From NCBI RefSeq assembly GCF_009914755.1, contig NC_060926.1: a stretch of 64,000 bases of DNA; one strand, given 5' to 3'. Positions 25,989 through 43,519 of the stretch are shown piece by piece. A program made the translations under genes and the position numbers. Source of the stretch: the human T2T-CHM13v2.0 reference genome, Homo sapiens. Position 1 is the first letter of the stretch. Each line of letters opens with the position of its first letter. The notes under the pieces are model-generated. The model did no database searches, had not been told where the DNA came from, and saw only the letters and a program-made list of their open reading frames with translations.

Positions 25989-26183
25989 GGTCTGGTGATG
26001 TGTTTGAAGTTACCAAAGAAATTGAGAGCCTGTTTGAAGTTCCACCTGAGGCCATTCAGCTAATAATTTTCCAAAATAATTTTAAAAATCTTCTTCTATC
26101 AGGCAAGTTCACCAAATCTGTAGCTGCAAGAGAGACACATATGGAGCATGAACAGAGGCAGAGTGTACTGTCTGTAGTGTCAG
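25989..26183 (+). other. Candidate internal exon (unvalidated, 195 nt)
   Basis: Branch-like cctaat, AG-free pyrimidine tract ending ttttcag, donor cag|gtgagt. Confidence 0.3.
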
Positions 26184-26318
26184 GTGAGTACAGGAAGCTC
26201 TGCTGAGCAACGGGAGATGGATGTGGTAGCCCGCCCATTACCTGGAATGTGTAATGGATGTGAAAGTGTAGTCACTGTACGCTAATGACTCCAACAGAAA
26301 AAAGCTCCCCTGTACCCC

Positions 26319-26770
26319 TGTGGTGTTCAAGGCCCATCCAGGAAAACAGAACCCAGGTAATTACATAAAATAATTCAATATGGGGAAATAGATAGAGAAG
26401 TGTTGAAAAAGCTAAACACTAGGAAAGGGGAGGAGGGCAATGAAATTATAAGCAACTATAGAAATTGTCCTAAACTCTACAGTTGTGAGGACAAAGAGAA
26501 ACTATTATTACCAGAAACTAGTGCTAAGGCCATCCTGGAGGAGCTGGAAGGACAGATAAGGGGACACTCAGCAAGTGCTGAAATGATGAAAGAGAAGCAG
26601 ATACTGCTTAAAGCAGAGAGAGAGAATTAGAAATGCTTTGGCTTCTCCTAGCCTCCTAATCACAGCCTCCTGCTGGTGCTTACATTAGAGAAAACTAATA
26701 GGAAGCCGCTGGGTGAGAGAACAGAGAAAGGGAAACAAATCTGAGAGCAAATGGGCAAGTGATTGGCCCA
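26319..26770 (-). mobile_element. Old ERVL/MaLR-type LTR (MLT1M/N-like)
   Basis: 'ccaggaaaacagaacccagg...ttcaatatgggga...tgctggtgcttacattagagaaaactaataggaagcc...atctgagagcaaatgggcaa'. Confidence 0.4.
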
Positions 26771-27640
26771 ACTTCCAATCCACCCATAACTTTATTTTGC
26801 AAACAAAGTATTTTAAGGAAAATCAAATACTTAGGATCCTTATCAATAATATATTAAGAGTATATATTTCTTGCTAGTTTCAGTTATTATTATGACAATG
26901 GTTGTTGTAAGCCTATCACTACCCTTTTCAGGAAAATATGGATAGGTAAATTCATTCATTTTTACTACCCATGATCAATTTAATGCCAGTGAAGCCATCA
27001 GAAAGACTCCCTTCCCATAGCCATGTCTCTTGATACTTTAGAATTTGCTGAAGATTTTAAGCGAAATATCAGATAATTCAAATATTTCACCAATTTTTAC
27101 CTTATGCTGAATGTAATATAAAATTTAATTATTACATTATTATATATAGCTATATTTCTTAATTTTCCCATGCAATTAAAATTTTACTGTGTACTATATT
27201 CTTTATTAATTTTTCATGAATGTTTTTCCCACTTGATAATAAGCTCTTTGTGGATTAAAAACAATGAGTAATATGTGTGTTAGTCCCAATGGCACCTGAG
27301 CATGTTATGCATATTGTGATGGATTTCAGGGTTAATATACCTCCTTTTTCCTCATCACAATGTACGTTAAAATGTGCATGGGATGTGGGAGACTACTTAA
27401 ATGCAAGGAAAAACATACTATTGAGCATTGCTGAAATGACAAAATGACATATCTAGGTTTCGAATATTTAGAAAAAAACATTACTTAAAGTTGATTAGTT
27501 AACAAAATACTATGTTATTAATGAAATAACATATTTTGATAGAGTTTCTGAGAAATGTTAAGCACTATAGAATTTTGGAACTATTACTAAATTAATACAA
27601 AGTGGTTTATAATTTGTGTAATTCTCAAGATTAACTCATG

Positions 27641-27740
27641 ATATATATATATATAGTGTCATATATATATATGAATTTTGTTTCAAGGTCACCAATCAAT
27701 CTTCTATTCAAAGTTAATTGTTCTGAATTAGTGGAATAAT

Positions 27741-27777
<37 letters not shown>

Positions 27778-27868
27778 CGAGAGAGTTAATCTCGTGTATA
27801 TATATATGTATATATCATGAGTTAATCTTGAGAATATATATATATATATTCTCTCTCTATATATATAG
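27641..27868. repeat. Complex (TA)n/(GA)n/(CT)n tract with embedded unique islands
   Basis: Directly visible; see findings. Confidence 0.9.
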
Positions 27869-28569
27869 TCTTCATTTAGAGATAAACAAATGGTGGTATA
27901 GAAATTTAGATGAACTGTCTTACACCAAATAACCGACAAATTATTGCACTAGTTTGAGAACTTTAATCTATTACTTTATTTGAAATTATTTGCTCCTCAC
28001 TTTATACCAAGCTGTGTCTGACGCAAAACCTCTGAGGCAGTTAATGTATGCATTACATTAGGCAAATTTACCTCTAATACAATTGTTTATACAATCATTT
28101 TCTTAGTTAAATAAAAGATATCGTATTTATTTTGTGCACTTAGTTCTTGAAACTAAGGAGAAATGAAACATTTTAGGAATGAGATGTAATTTCTGCACAT
28201 AAAGTCTTATTTCTTTGTACCCACTGATCACATAATGAACTTCACTGTACTTCATTAGAAATACAGACTATATACTCTTTGAAGATTTTTATCTGTCAAA
28301 ATTTTGTTTCAAGGTCACCAATCAATCTTCTATTCAAAGTTAAGTTAATTGTTCTGAATTGGTGGAATAGTAATTTTCCTAGACAGCAGTTAACAACCGT
28401 AAATGTTACCAGGAAACAAAAGAGACTGGTAGGTCATTCTGTCAAGAATGATGTTCTTACATATAATTTTCATTTTCTTTTAAATACCATCAGCATGTCA
28501 GCTGTAAAGTAGGGAAGTGTGGTCTTGTGAGGCTGCTGGGGAACATTGCCAAGTTGACAGCAAATTTCA

Positions 28570-28845
28570 TGGCAGTGCAGACTCCAGAACCCTGGAGTTA
28601 GATAAACTGGATCTTAATCGCAACCAGCTCCTCTACTACTTGTTGTGTCATGTGGTCATGTCACTTAACCCCTACGGGCCTTAGATTCCTCATCTTATAA
28701 AATGGGCATGGTAATAATAACCCCTCATAGAAATGTCATTGATTAAGTATACATAAATATGTATATGTATACATACACACATATATTACATAGAGAAGTA
28801 CCTGGTACACAGTACACTTTCAATAATGTTAGCTACCATCATTAT
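28570..28845 (+). mobile_element. MIR SINE
   Basis: 'ccctggagttagataaactgg...gtcacttaacccctacgggccttagattcctcatcttataaaatggg...cctggtacacagta...caataatgttagcta'. Confidence 0.75.
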
Positions 28846-31667
28846 ACTGCACAAGGATTTGAAAAACAAGCCCTACATTATTTTCCAACAACAAAAGATA
28901 AGAAAGACTTCTCTGCTTCTTCATGAGCTATCTTTGCACAGTGGGTGACTGAGGTCTATAACATCCAACTTTAGGACTGTCAGAAGTCCATGTGGAGCTA
29001 ATGGGATAGGTTACACTAATCTCTTCTCTAATATGCCAGCTCCCTTCCTTTCAGAGATGCTAGAGAGACTTGGCAGCCTTGGGACGGTGTAATTGATCCT
29101 TTGTTTGCTGAGACTCCAGCAGGAAGAAGAGTGCTTCACTTTATCTCAGTAGTAGAGCAGATAAGGAAGAGATATGGAATAAATGTGGAACCAAAATGCC
29201 AATTAGGCATTCAGCTCCTGCATTAAAAAAAATCAAAACAAACAAACAAAAGAAAAAAAAAACACTGTATCCTGAGCCCTAGAGGAAACTGAAATATTAG
29301 GGACTCACAGTTCTCCTGTGGAATGATCAAGGTCTCCTAATGAGCTTAAACATTGAGTCTAAATGAAAACCTGATTTTGTTCTGGCAATAAAGAATTCAT
29401 TCCATTTTGCCTTTACTTGAGAGTACATGATCTTATGTGGAAGCAATATCACAATATAATTCTAACATGCAAATGAAGTCATAGAAACAAAGACCAATAA
29501 AATGAATGCACGGGACAAAGTTGTCACTTGGGAACAAGAGAGACCTGTGTTCTTATCCTAACTCTGCATATTACTTATTAATTGCTTGGGGTTAAGTCAT
29601 CTGGATTCTCTACTTTTACAAAAGGGATGATAACATTTCTGTGCAGTATTGCTAGAGTTATTAGATAATATACTGCTGCCCAGCTTCGTGTCAGATGCAC
29701 AGAAGGTTCACAGTAAATGAGGTTATTGTTACTTTATTAGTTTGTCTTCAGTGCAGTGATAATTATTCTGTACAATGGCAGAACATAACTGAGGCCTCCT
29801 TAAATAGGCTCTGATATGCTAACTTATTTTGACATTTTCAATATAAAAAAGAGCTATGAAAAGATTTAATTTATTGAGTTCATAGTTTTTCATGTTACAT
29901 ATAATGCTTGTATTATTAAACCTTTCCTTAAGTACAATAGGAAGAAGAGATAAGTGGCAAAAATACTATTTTTATATAAATCTTTTTTTTTTTACCATTG
30001 CTAACTTGTTAATATGGACAATCATCTCCAGCCATCTGTTAACTCGTCTCTGAAAAAAAATATTTATTTATAATTCTAATGGAATATAGTTTTTCCTTGA
30101 ATTAAACAGATGTTCTGGTGTTTGGTATCCTAAAAAGGCAGTTCTCTCATATTTATTCCAGAGTGATATAGTTTTCTGTGGGGTATCATAATAAACTTTT
30201 TCTTAATAATTTAGAGTCCGCCTTCTTTAGCTTAAATAAAATCAAAGTTCCAATGTAAGTTAATTGTCTTATGCTATACCTAGTAACATTCCAAGTGTCT
30301 CTTTTCAGTAAGAGGATAAGGACTAGCCATATATTCCCAGATGTGGCTTACTGTAGTCAATTTTTGATGGCTGTTACTTTGATGATCAATTAAGTACAAT
30401 CTATATTTTAAGAATAATCTTTCTTCATTTAACAATATGAGAACCTTTACATTTTAACTATAATTAATTATGTAATGATCAAAAGACACATTTATGAGAG
30501 ACAAAAATCCTAGAAAAGAGGAAGGAAAGAAAAAATGATTATGGAAGAAGATTTCGAAGGGAATGAGGTCAGGGTAAAAGCAAGTCACACTTAAAACCTG
30601 TGGCCTTTACCTAGTAAAAAGGTGTTTTAGATGCTTCATTAATGAGAAGAGTACATTGTCCCAAAATGCACTTCAAAGTTATGTGGTACAATTGGACACT
30701 TGTATGCCTAGATTCATCACTTGCCTTTAAGAAAATGTCATGGGCTAATTAGGAGGTAGTCTAACACTGTATCTTTAACAGGGGAGAATTATGACCTATT
30801 TTTTTTTCTTTAACTATTCTTGGTATCTCCTCATTAAATACAAATTGGCTTATTCTATCATACTTAGGGCAAAAATATATTGAAGACTTATTTTTGGGGT
30901 GAAACTTTAATGCTTAGCTCTTATCAATTTTATTTGAAGTGACTCTGAGGCACTATTTTATTCATCATAGTAGGGACGTGCTTCAGAACTGGCTAAACAC
31001 CCAGAGTTTCCTTTCTTTTAAAGTTTAATTGAACTTCGGTCAGTCTGGTTTCTTTGGAATGGCTGATTTTAATTGCCACTGCTGAACAATGTCAATTAGA
31101 GTAAAACCTCAGAGATTTTAACGTCTCAGTCTTAATTAGTGAAGTCTGTAATAATGAGTATATGTTTATAAGTATTATTTCTTTTTAGAATCATTATTGC
31201 TAATGGCAACATTGAAAAATTCTGGGTCAGTAAGAGCTGCCTCCTCCACATCATTTGATACCTGTTCCTATTCTTTGCTGTGCTACCTGCAGAACGTTAG
31301 AGCTGGTCTAAGAAGAAAGAGGGGTGCCTTCTATTTTTTGTAGAAAAGCTGAGGACTATGATACATTAACTGCCCCCCCACCCAGCAATACAACTAATAC
31401 TTGAATACACTAGAAAATATTTGTAAAGCATCACTAGGATGTCAAAAGGGTAGTAAAAATCTTCTGGACAGTCAGGTGAAATATACTTGACACCATTGCC
31501 AGAATACAAAATGGAAAACTAGGGTAAACTTGGTTGCAAAGCCATCCCAAATATCTTAAAATAAATGAGTGTTCATAATTTTTGTGCATATAGTGATTCG
31601 AAGGCAAGTCTAATAAAGTATTTTAGAAGGAATAATAATGTGCTTGCTTTAAGAAATACAGTATTTG

Positions 31668-31847
31668 GGCCGGGCGCGGTAGCTCACGCCTGTAATCCCA
31701 GCACTTTGGGAGGCCGAGGTGGGCGGATCACGAGGTCAAGAGATCAAGACCATCCTGGCCAATATGGTGAAACACCAATCTCAGCTCACTGTACTCCAGC
31801 CTGCTGACAGAGTGAGAATCCATCTCAAAATAAATAAATAAATAAAT
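31668..31847 (+). mobile_element. AluSc-like, internally deleted (~180 bp)
   Basis: 'ggatcacgaggtcaagagatc'; (TAAA)n tail; 14-bp TSD aagaaatacagtat at 31651-31664 and 31848-31861. Confidence 0.93.
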
Positions 31848-32019
31848 AAGAAATACAGTATATATTTATAAGTAGCAATATTTACTTAAAATTTCTCCCC
31901 TGAAGATAGCTTGCTCACCTAAGCAGTTAGAACTGAGTCACCTAAATTTGTGTTTTTCAATAGAAAGGGTAACATGTGACATTAACATAGAATAAACCTT
32001 GCTAGGAAGAGCATATTTC

Positions 32020-32500
<481 letters not shown>

Positions 32501-32619
32501 TTATCCTTTTGTAGAGAGTTCTGTTTACCTAATCTGTTTACTCTAGGCAGCAGAATTTTGAGGTTAACCTACTAGAGATATTAACATTTAATAATACCTA
32601 CTTGGCTTGTGTCTGGTTA

Positions 32620-32715
32620 TTAATTTAATTATATTAATTAATTATATTAATTAATTAATTAATGATTTGGGCTATATCTCCAAATGAAATATATATATAT
32701 ATATATATATATATA
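32620..32715. repeat. AT-only (TTAA)n and (TA)n repeats
   Basis: Directly visible. Confidence 0.85.
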
Positions 32716-33210
32716 CTAAGCCTTTAATTTAAAAAGATAATATACCAATAATATAAATTGTGTTTGTAGAACTGGGTTCAGATTACTCCTCACTTAAGCT
32801 ATAGCTAGAAGTGTCAATGCAAACATGGCTGTTTGTTTGGGGGTCATGTTGGTTCTGCTCCATTTGCTGTGTTGCTGAAATGTTCCATGTCCCATCACTT
32901 CTGTTTTGAGATGGTTTCTTTATTTTCTAAGTTCTTGCATACCAATTACAGATAAGTCATAAGTCTTTCTATCTGCAGTACCTAAAAATTAATTCTTTTA
33001 GCATAGTTTTTGCCAATCTCATTTTGATGTAGCAATCTGCTTTACTCTTGATTGTACTGAGAGCATGGAACATTCATATCTTATATACCTTGATTCCAAA
33101 ATAAACACAATGTGTATGTTATTATATTAAAAGACTATGTCTTCTTTGTTGGCTACTACACTCATTGTGCAGTACCTAGCACAGAAAAAGTTTCAATAAA
33201 TATTCATTAA

Positions 33211-33567
<357 letters not shown>

Positions 33568-33747
33568 TAATTGTTCAAAGTTGAGTTATTTTGGTTATGT
33601 TATGATAGCTTATTTCAGATTTTTTTTATCTTTGATGCAAGTTTTCTGCAAGGAAGAAACAACAAGAGTAGAGAAGAAAAAGTTGGCTATTTCTTACCCC
33701 ATAAATCCCATCTCTCTTAATGCCATATACTTCCACTCCATGTTCTG

Positions 33748-33749
33748 CT

Positions 33750-33784
<35 letters not shown>

Positions 33785-33786
33785 TT
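33748..33786 (+). repeat. (TTTA)n tetranucleotide repeat
   Basis: Directly visible. Confidence 0.92.
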
Positions 33787-35490
33787 GTTCCTGGGATATT
33801 GGAAATGGTTTTAATGTCTCACCAATATTTAATGAAAGCCAAATAGTTTCAAAGTTGAGAAAGAGTTGGAGAATTTCTCTCAAATATTTGAAAACACAAG
33901 ACTATGATCCTTCCTTGGTGGCATTATTGAAGATTTCTCCTAACATAGTCTTGAGGTATCCAATGCTGCATATCCAGCTTCACCTGAGCAACAATATAGT
34001 AAGCTTTAATAAGGTGAATTTTGCAGCTCCATTTGTGCAAACTTTGTGATGCCTTCATTGAATAAATAAGTGCCAGACCCAGACTGAGCATTGTTGATGC
34101 TGAGGTTACAAAAAAAATTAAAACAAAAAATATTGGGTCTCAGCCCTCAAGGGGCTCAAAGTAAAATGAGGTAGATGAAAACGTAAATAAATGAAACAAA
34201 ATATGTCATGATACGTGCTAGGCGCTGCCAGAGTACACTGGAATGACAGAGTATTGAAATCCCTGTGAGAAATATTAAAATCAGACTTTTGCTACAAAAT
34301 TCTTTCTTGATAAATAAATAGGCAGGGTTAAAATTGATTTTTCCCTACTGAAATGTCATAAAAGAGGCAAGAACAATCCTGCAATGTTTAGCCTGACATC
34401 TACTTGAAATATTTGAGTAGGGGGAGAGCTTCAACTATAAATTCTTCCATGAATATGGATTTGGGAGACCTAATCCTGTGAGAAAAGCAATTGAAGAAAC
34501 ATAGAGAAACAACTTTTGCACCATCTGGTTATGTTTGCATCTACTTTGCCTATATAAGGGGTTTGTACTGATCATCATCTGAATTATTGACCAAAGAGTA
34601 CAGCCTGTTGAGTCACTGAAACAAAAAACACCAGAAGGCCTCAAATCCCTTCCCCCAGAAGTCTGAATTTCTAGAGCACTCCTTCATATCAGGAAACATA
34701 CAGGAAAAAAAACAGAAACACGATTTAACAGGTGGGGCATATGGTAAACAAATATCGGTACCCTTGTTTACAGTACGGATAACTTCTAAGAGGAGGCTGA
34801 TATTTCTCATCTCTACAATCAGACTAATAAAAGTTTTGGGAAGACCTTTACCACAGTGTAAAGACTTCCCTGACATTTTTGCATCTTGGAATCAGGGCAT
34901 GATGGAAAGAGATGTTTGGCAGAAAAGAACCTGAGGATTCCCGCCATTCTTTTACGCAGCAGCTGTGCAACTTCAGGGAGGTCACTTTGGTGGCAATAAC
35001 AGCTAATGTTGACCTCTGGGGGCAGGGCATAGACAATCAAAACACAGCAATAACCTCTGCAGACTTAAATGTCCCTGTCTGACAGCTTTGAAGAGAGTAA
35101 TGGTTCTCCCAGCACACAGCTTGAGATCTGAGAACAGGCAGACTGCCTCCTCAAGTGGGTCCCTGACCCCCGAGTAGCCTAACTGGGAGGCACCCCCCAG
35201 TAGGGGTGGACTGACATTTCACACGGCCGGATACTCCTCTGAGACAAAACTTCCAGAGGAATGATCAGGCAGCAGCATTTGTGGTTCACCAATATCTGCT
35301 GTTCTGCAACCACCGCTGCTGATACCCAGGCAAACAGGGTCTGGAGTGGACCTCCAGCAAACTCCAACAGACGTGCAGCTGAGGGTCCTGACTGTTAGAA
35401 GGAAAACTAACAAACAGAAAGGACATCCACACCAAAAACCCATCTGTACGTCACTGTCATCAAAGACCAAAGGTAGACAAAACCACAAAG

Positions 35491-36506
35491 ATGGGGAAAA
35501 AACAGAGCAGAAAAACCGGAAACTCTAAAAATCAGAGCACCTCTCCTCCTCCAAAGGAATGCAGCTCCTCACCAGCAACGGAACAAAGCTGGACGCAGAA
35601 TGACTTCTACGAGTTGAGAGAAGAAGGCTTCAGAAGATCAAACTACTCCGAGCTAAAGGAGGAAGTTCGAACCAATGGCAAAGAAGTTAAAAACGTTGAA
35701 AAAAATTAGACGAATGGATAACTAGAATAACCAATGCAGAGAAGTCCTTAAAGGACCTGTTGGAGCTGAAAACCACAGCACCAGAACTACATGATGAATG
35801 CACAAGCCTCAGTAACTGATGTGATCAACTGGAAGAAAGGGTATCAGTGATGGAAGATGAAATGAATGAAATGAAGTGAGAAGTGAAGTTTAGAGAAAAA
35901 AGAATAAAAAGAAATCAACAAAGCCTCCAAGAAATATGGGACTATGTGAAAAGACCAAAACTACATCTGATTGCTGTACCTGAAAGTGATGGGGAGAATG
36001 GAACCAAGTTGGAAAACACTCTGCAGGATATTATCCAAGAGAACTTCCCCAATCTAGCAAGGCAGGCCAACATTCAAATTCAGGAAATACAGAGAACGCC
36101 ACAAAGATACTCCTTGAGAAGACCAACTCCAAAACACCTAATTGTCAGATTCACCAAAGTTGAAATGAAGGAAAAAATGTTAAGGGCAGCCAGAGAGAAA
36201 AGTCAGGTTACCCACAAAGGGAAGCCCATCAGACTAACAGCTGATCTCTTGGCAGAAATTCTACAAGCCAGAAGAGAGTGGGGGCCAATATTCAACATTC
36301 TTAAAGAAAAGAATTTTCAACCCAGAATTTCATATCCAGCCAAACTAAGCTTCATAAGTGAAGGAGAAATAAAATACTTTACAGACAAGCAAATGCTGAG
36401 ATATTTTGTCACCACCAGGCCTGCCCTAAAAGAGCTCCTGAAGGAAGCACTAAACATGGAAAGGAACAACTGGTACCAGCCACTGCAAAAACATGCCAAA
36501 TTGCAA
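35491..36506 (+). pseudogene. L1 ORF1p (RNA-binding chaperone), disrupted
   Basis: MGKKQSRKTGNSK start; reading frame broken near 35700; C-terminal part in ORF 35883-36542; normal stop changed to CAA at 36504-36506. Confidence 0.93.
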
Positions 36507-36569
36507 AGACCATCAAGGCTAGGAAGAAACTGCATCAACTAACGAGCAAAATAACCAGCTAACATCATC

Positions 36570-40400
<3,831 letters not shown>

Positions 40401-43400
40401 ACAATAAGAACACATGGACACAGGAAGGGGAACATCACACACCGGGGACTGTTGTGGGGTGGGGGGAGGGGGGAGGGATAGCATTAGGAGATATACCTAA
40501 TGCTAAATGATGAGTTAATGGGTGCAGCACACCAACATGGCACATGTATACATATGTAACAAACCTGCACGTTGTGCACATGTACCCTAAAACTTAAAGT
40601 ATAATAATAATAAAATAAAAAAAAAGACCCATAACTAGTGTATGCGGATGAACACAAAATTGTGAGAAAAAAAAAAAACAGCTGATGTTGGTAAAGTGCT
40701 TGCGGTGTGCCCAGCACTCAAAATGTGTACATATATTAACTCATTTTCCATTTTTCTGTGCCTCCATAAATATTAAATTGAGTACTTGTTAGGTAAATAG
40801 TGGGAACTGTACATGGAATAGTGTTACTCTCACAATTCTCGACTAATGTTAATTGAGTTAATTAGTAATACATATACACAGTTTAGTTTTACACTGTATG
40901 TAAATGAGTAATTATTATTTGCCTACACCTATATATTCTGTGGTGAATGTTGATGAAATACACAATATAGCCAGGCACTTAAATAGCTTAAATTTACCTA
41001 GAGAAGAAAACTAAAATACACATGAAAATTGATTTGAGTGGCCTTGCCATTTTGTCTTTACTTTTACATAAAGTAGCACATTCAAATATAATATTTTAAA
41101 GAGAAAACAATTATATATATTGTTATTTTTCTACAAAGATGACATCAACTGTTGTTTGAAAATAAATAGTTAAGTAGCTATTATATTTGATAAGTAATTT
41201 ATTCTTACTGCGTGGTAGTAAAAATAAAGAACGTAAAAAATGTGTACATGTTTTATTTAATATTAAAAATATTGTCTAAAATGTATAAAGTTATATATTT
41301 TATAATTATTATTGTTTTAAAGTATTTTGTTTATTTTCTAATGGATAATATGTTTATGTGTTATGTATAATTTAGAAAACCCTAAAAATCATAAAAAACA
41401 AAATTGGAAAAACAATTACAATTCCTCTATCCAATATTTCACTTAAAATGTTTCAAACAAAGCAGCCTATTACCTATATCTGCCAGAGAATTATTTCCTT
41501 CTACTCCTCTCCTGCTCTGGGTAAGATGAGCACAGGTACGGTCAGAGAATCACAAAGCAAAAGTAAAAATTAGGAGTGGTCAGAAACAGCTTCTATTCTT
41601 TTTTACATATAAGAATAGGTCTATGTTTTTGTCATGAGAGCATAGAAATATATAAAGGTCCTTTTATGTTCCATATCCCCATTTAAAAAGCATAAACATG
41701 TAATCCTGCCATTGTTGGTGTTTGTTTTCTGTCTCTCATTATTTTCTACTGATGTGCTTATTACAGAGCAAATTATATACATATATATATATATATATAT
41801 ACTAGTGTCTAAAACAATTATTGCACTTAATCATTTTTAAAGAAAAGTTCACTAAATTATATAATGTTGTCTCAAAAATTAAATAAGTAAAATGTATTTG
41901 TTGAGCTTAATAAGTGAAACGTTTGTTTTCAGGTGTAGATTTTTGTTCTCAAGTCCAACAGACATCCTATAAACCTCTTTTTGACATACATTGAATCCTT
42001 AAATAGGAATGTAGTGGGGTAGCCTATTCTGAAAATAGATGTTTTGCAGAGGCATAGGGGAAAATGTACTGATAGTTGAGTGACTTTAGGAAGAGGATGG
42101 GTTTTAGACAGAGTGCATACAGTGTATCTCTAAGATCTGAACTGAGTCGCCCAATTCAACATCCAATACCTCTCTCTCTGTGCTCCAGGTTATATTTTCA
42201 ATATGTTGCCTTATACTCTACTAGATGGAAAGTTAATTAAGTATGTTCTCCACTGACTGTTATTCCCAGCCATATCTAGGGACAAGCTAAGATTGGGTTA
42301 ATAGCACTGCCACCTGGTTTTCTAGTTTGCAATGGTAGTTGTTGCTCCATGACTATGGAGCAATATCTCCATTACTTTTGCAGCTCCAACCTCAGTTTTA
42401 TAAGTGTTAGCAGCAATCTCCCTTAAGAATTTAACACACAGCCTCTGAGAAACAAAAGGAAAGAAAATAACACTTTTATGAATTTCCAAATTGCCATAGC
42501 TCACACTCAATGTTTATTTTATTTTAATATTACTGCCAATGGGTTTTGCTGAGTGAAATAAATTTAGCACTAATGAGCATATTTTGAAAGTTTAAAAACA
42601 CAATTTAATAAATGATTCAATGTAATCTCTACAAAAATGACTCTAAGAGGCTGAAGAGTCTTAGAGCAGGAGAGAAACCATGAGGAAACAAAAGAGCAAG
42701 AAAACAGATAGGTGAAGCAATTATGATTTTTAAATTGGCAATTAATCAAGGAGTTTGGTTGTATTTTTTTTCAAAATCACAAAGACAAAGATGCCCAATG
42801 ACAAAAGTAGGTCAATTTAATTATAGCTGTATCCCAGACTTGTGACTTGATTAAATTAATCTACTAGGGCCTGGCACATAGTAGGGGTTACACCTGTTAG
42901 TTTCTTTCCAGTATCTGCTTCCTTCTTGTTTCACAACATTTTAAATACAGATTATATAGTGTGGTCTGGCTAATTTTCAGTTAGATTTATCAATTATGTT
43001 GTGCAATAACTGTTATCTTTTTAAAATAGTTATTCTACAACCAGGATTGTTTTAATAAATATAGTTTCTAGTCATTAAAATATGGTTATACTTTCCAGCC
43101 TTTTTCTTATGCATATGTCTACATTATTATTTTTTCTTACAAAATGAGATATCATAAGACTAGTTTGTTCCTTCTTACTGTTATTATTTAAAAAGTTATT
43201 GATTTGTAACAAATATATCATCTACGAGTTATCAGGAAAAATAAAATACAAAGGGAATGAGATATTATTAAAGCTAATGTTAAAGCTAATATTAACTTGG
43301 TTTTGAAACAGGACACAATTATAAATTCTTATAGCACAATGCAAACCTGGGCAGGGAAAATCTGAGAAAAATGGATTCAAATGTATTAAATGTTTTCTCA

Positions 43401-43519
43401 TGTTCTAGAACAGAATTAAGATATTATTATTTGGGTGCTGTCCAAATCCATGATATTTCTAACAAACTTAATTTTTTCCACATAATAAATTTATATTTAC
43501 ATTGGTAAGTGTGATCTAT

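Noticed and set aside
26400-26630. 76-aa charged ORF
   Set aside because: Lies within a purine-rich LTR-like relic, has a non-ATG start and no homology that I recognise.
40455-40477. G-quadruplex-forming G-tract
   Set aside because: A standard feature of L1PA 3' UTRs, not locus-specific.
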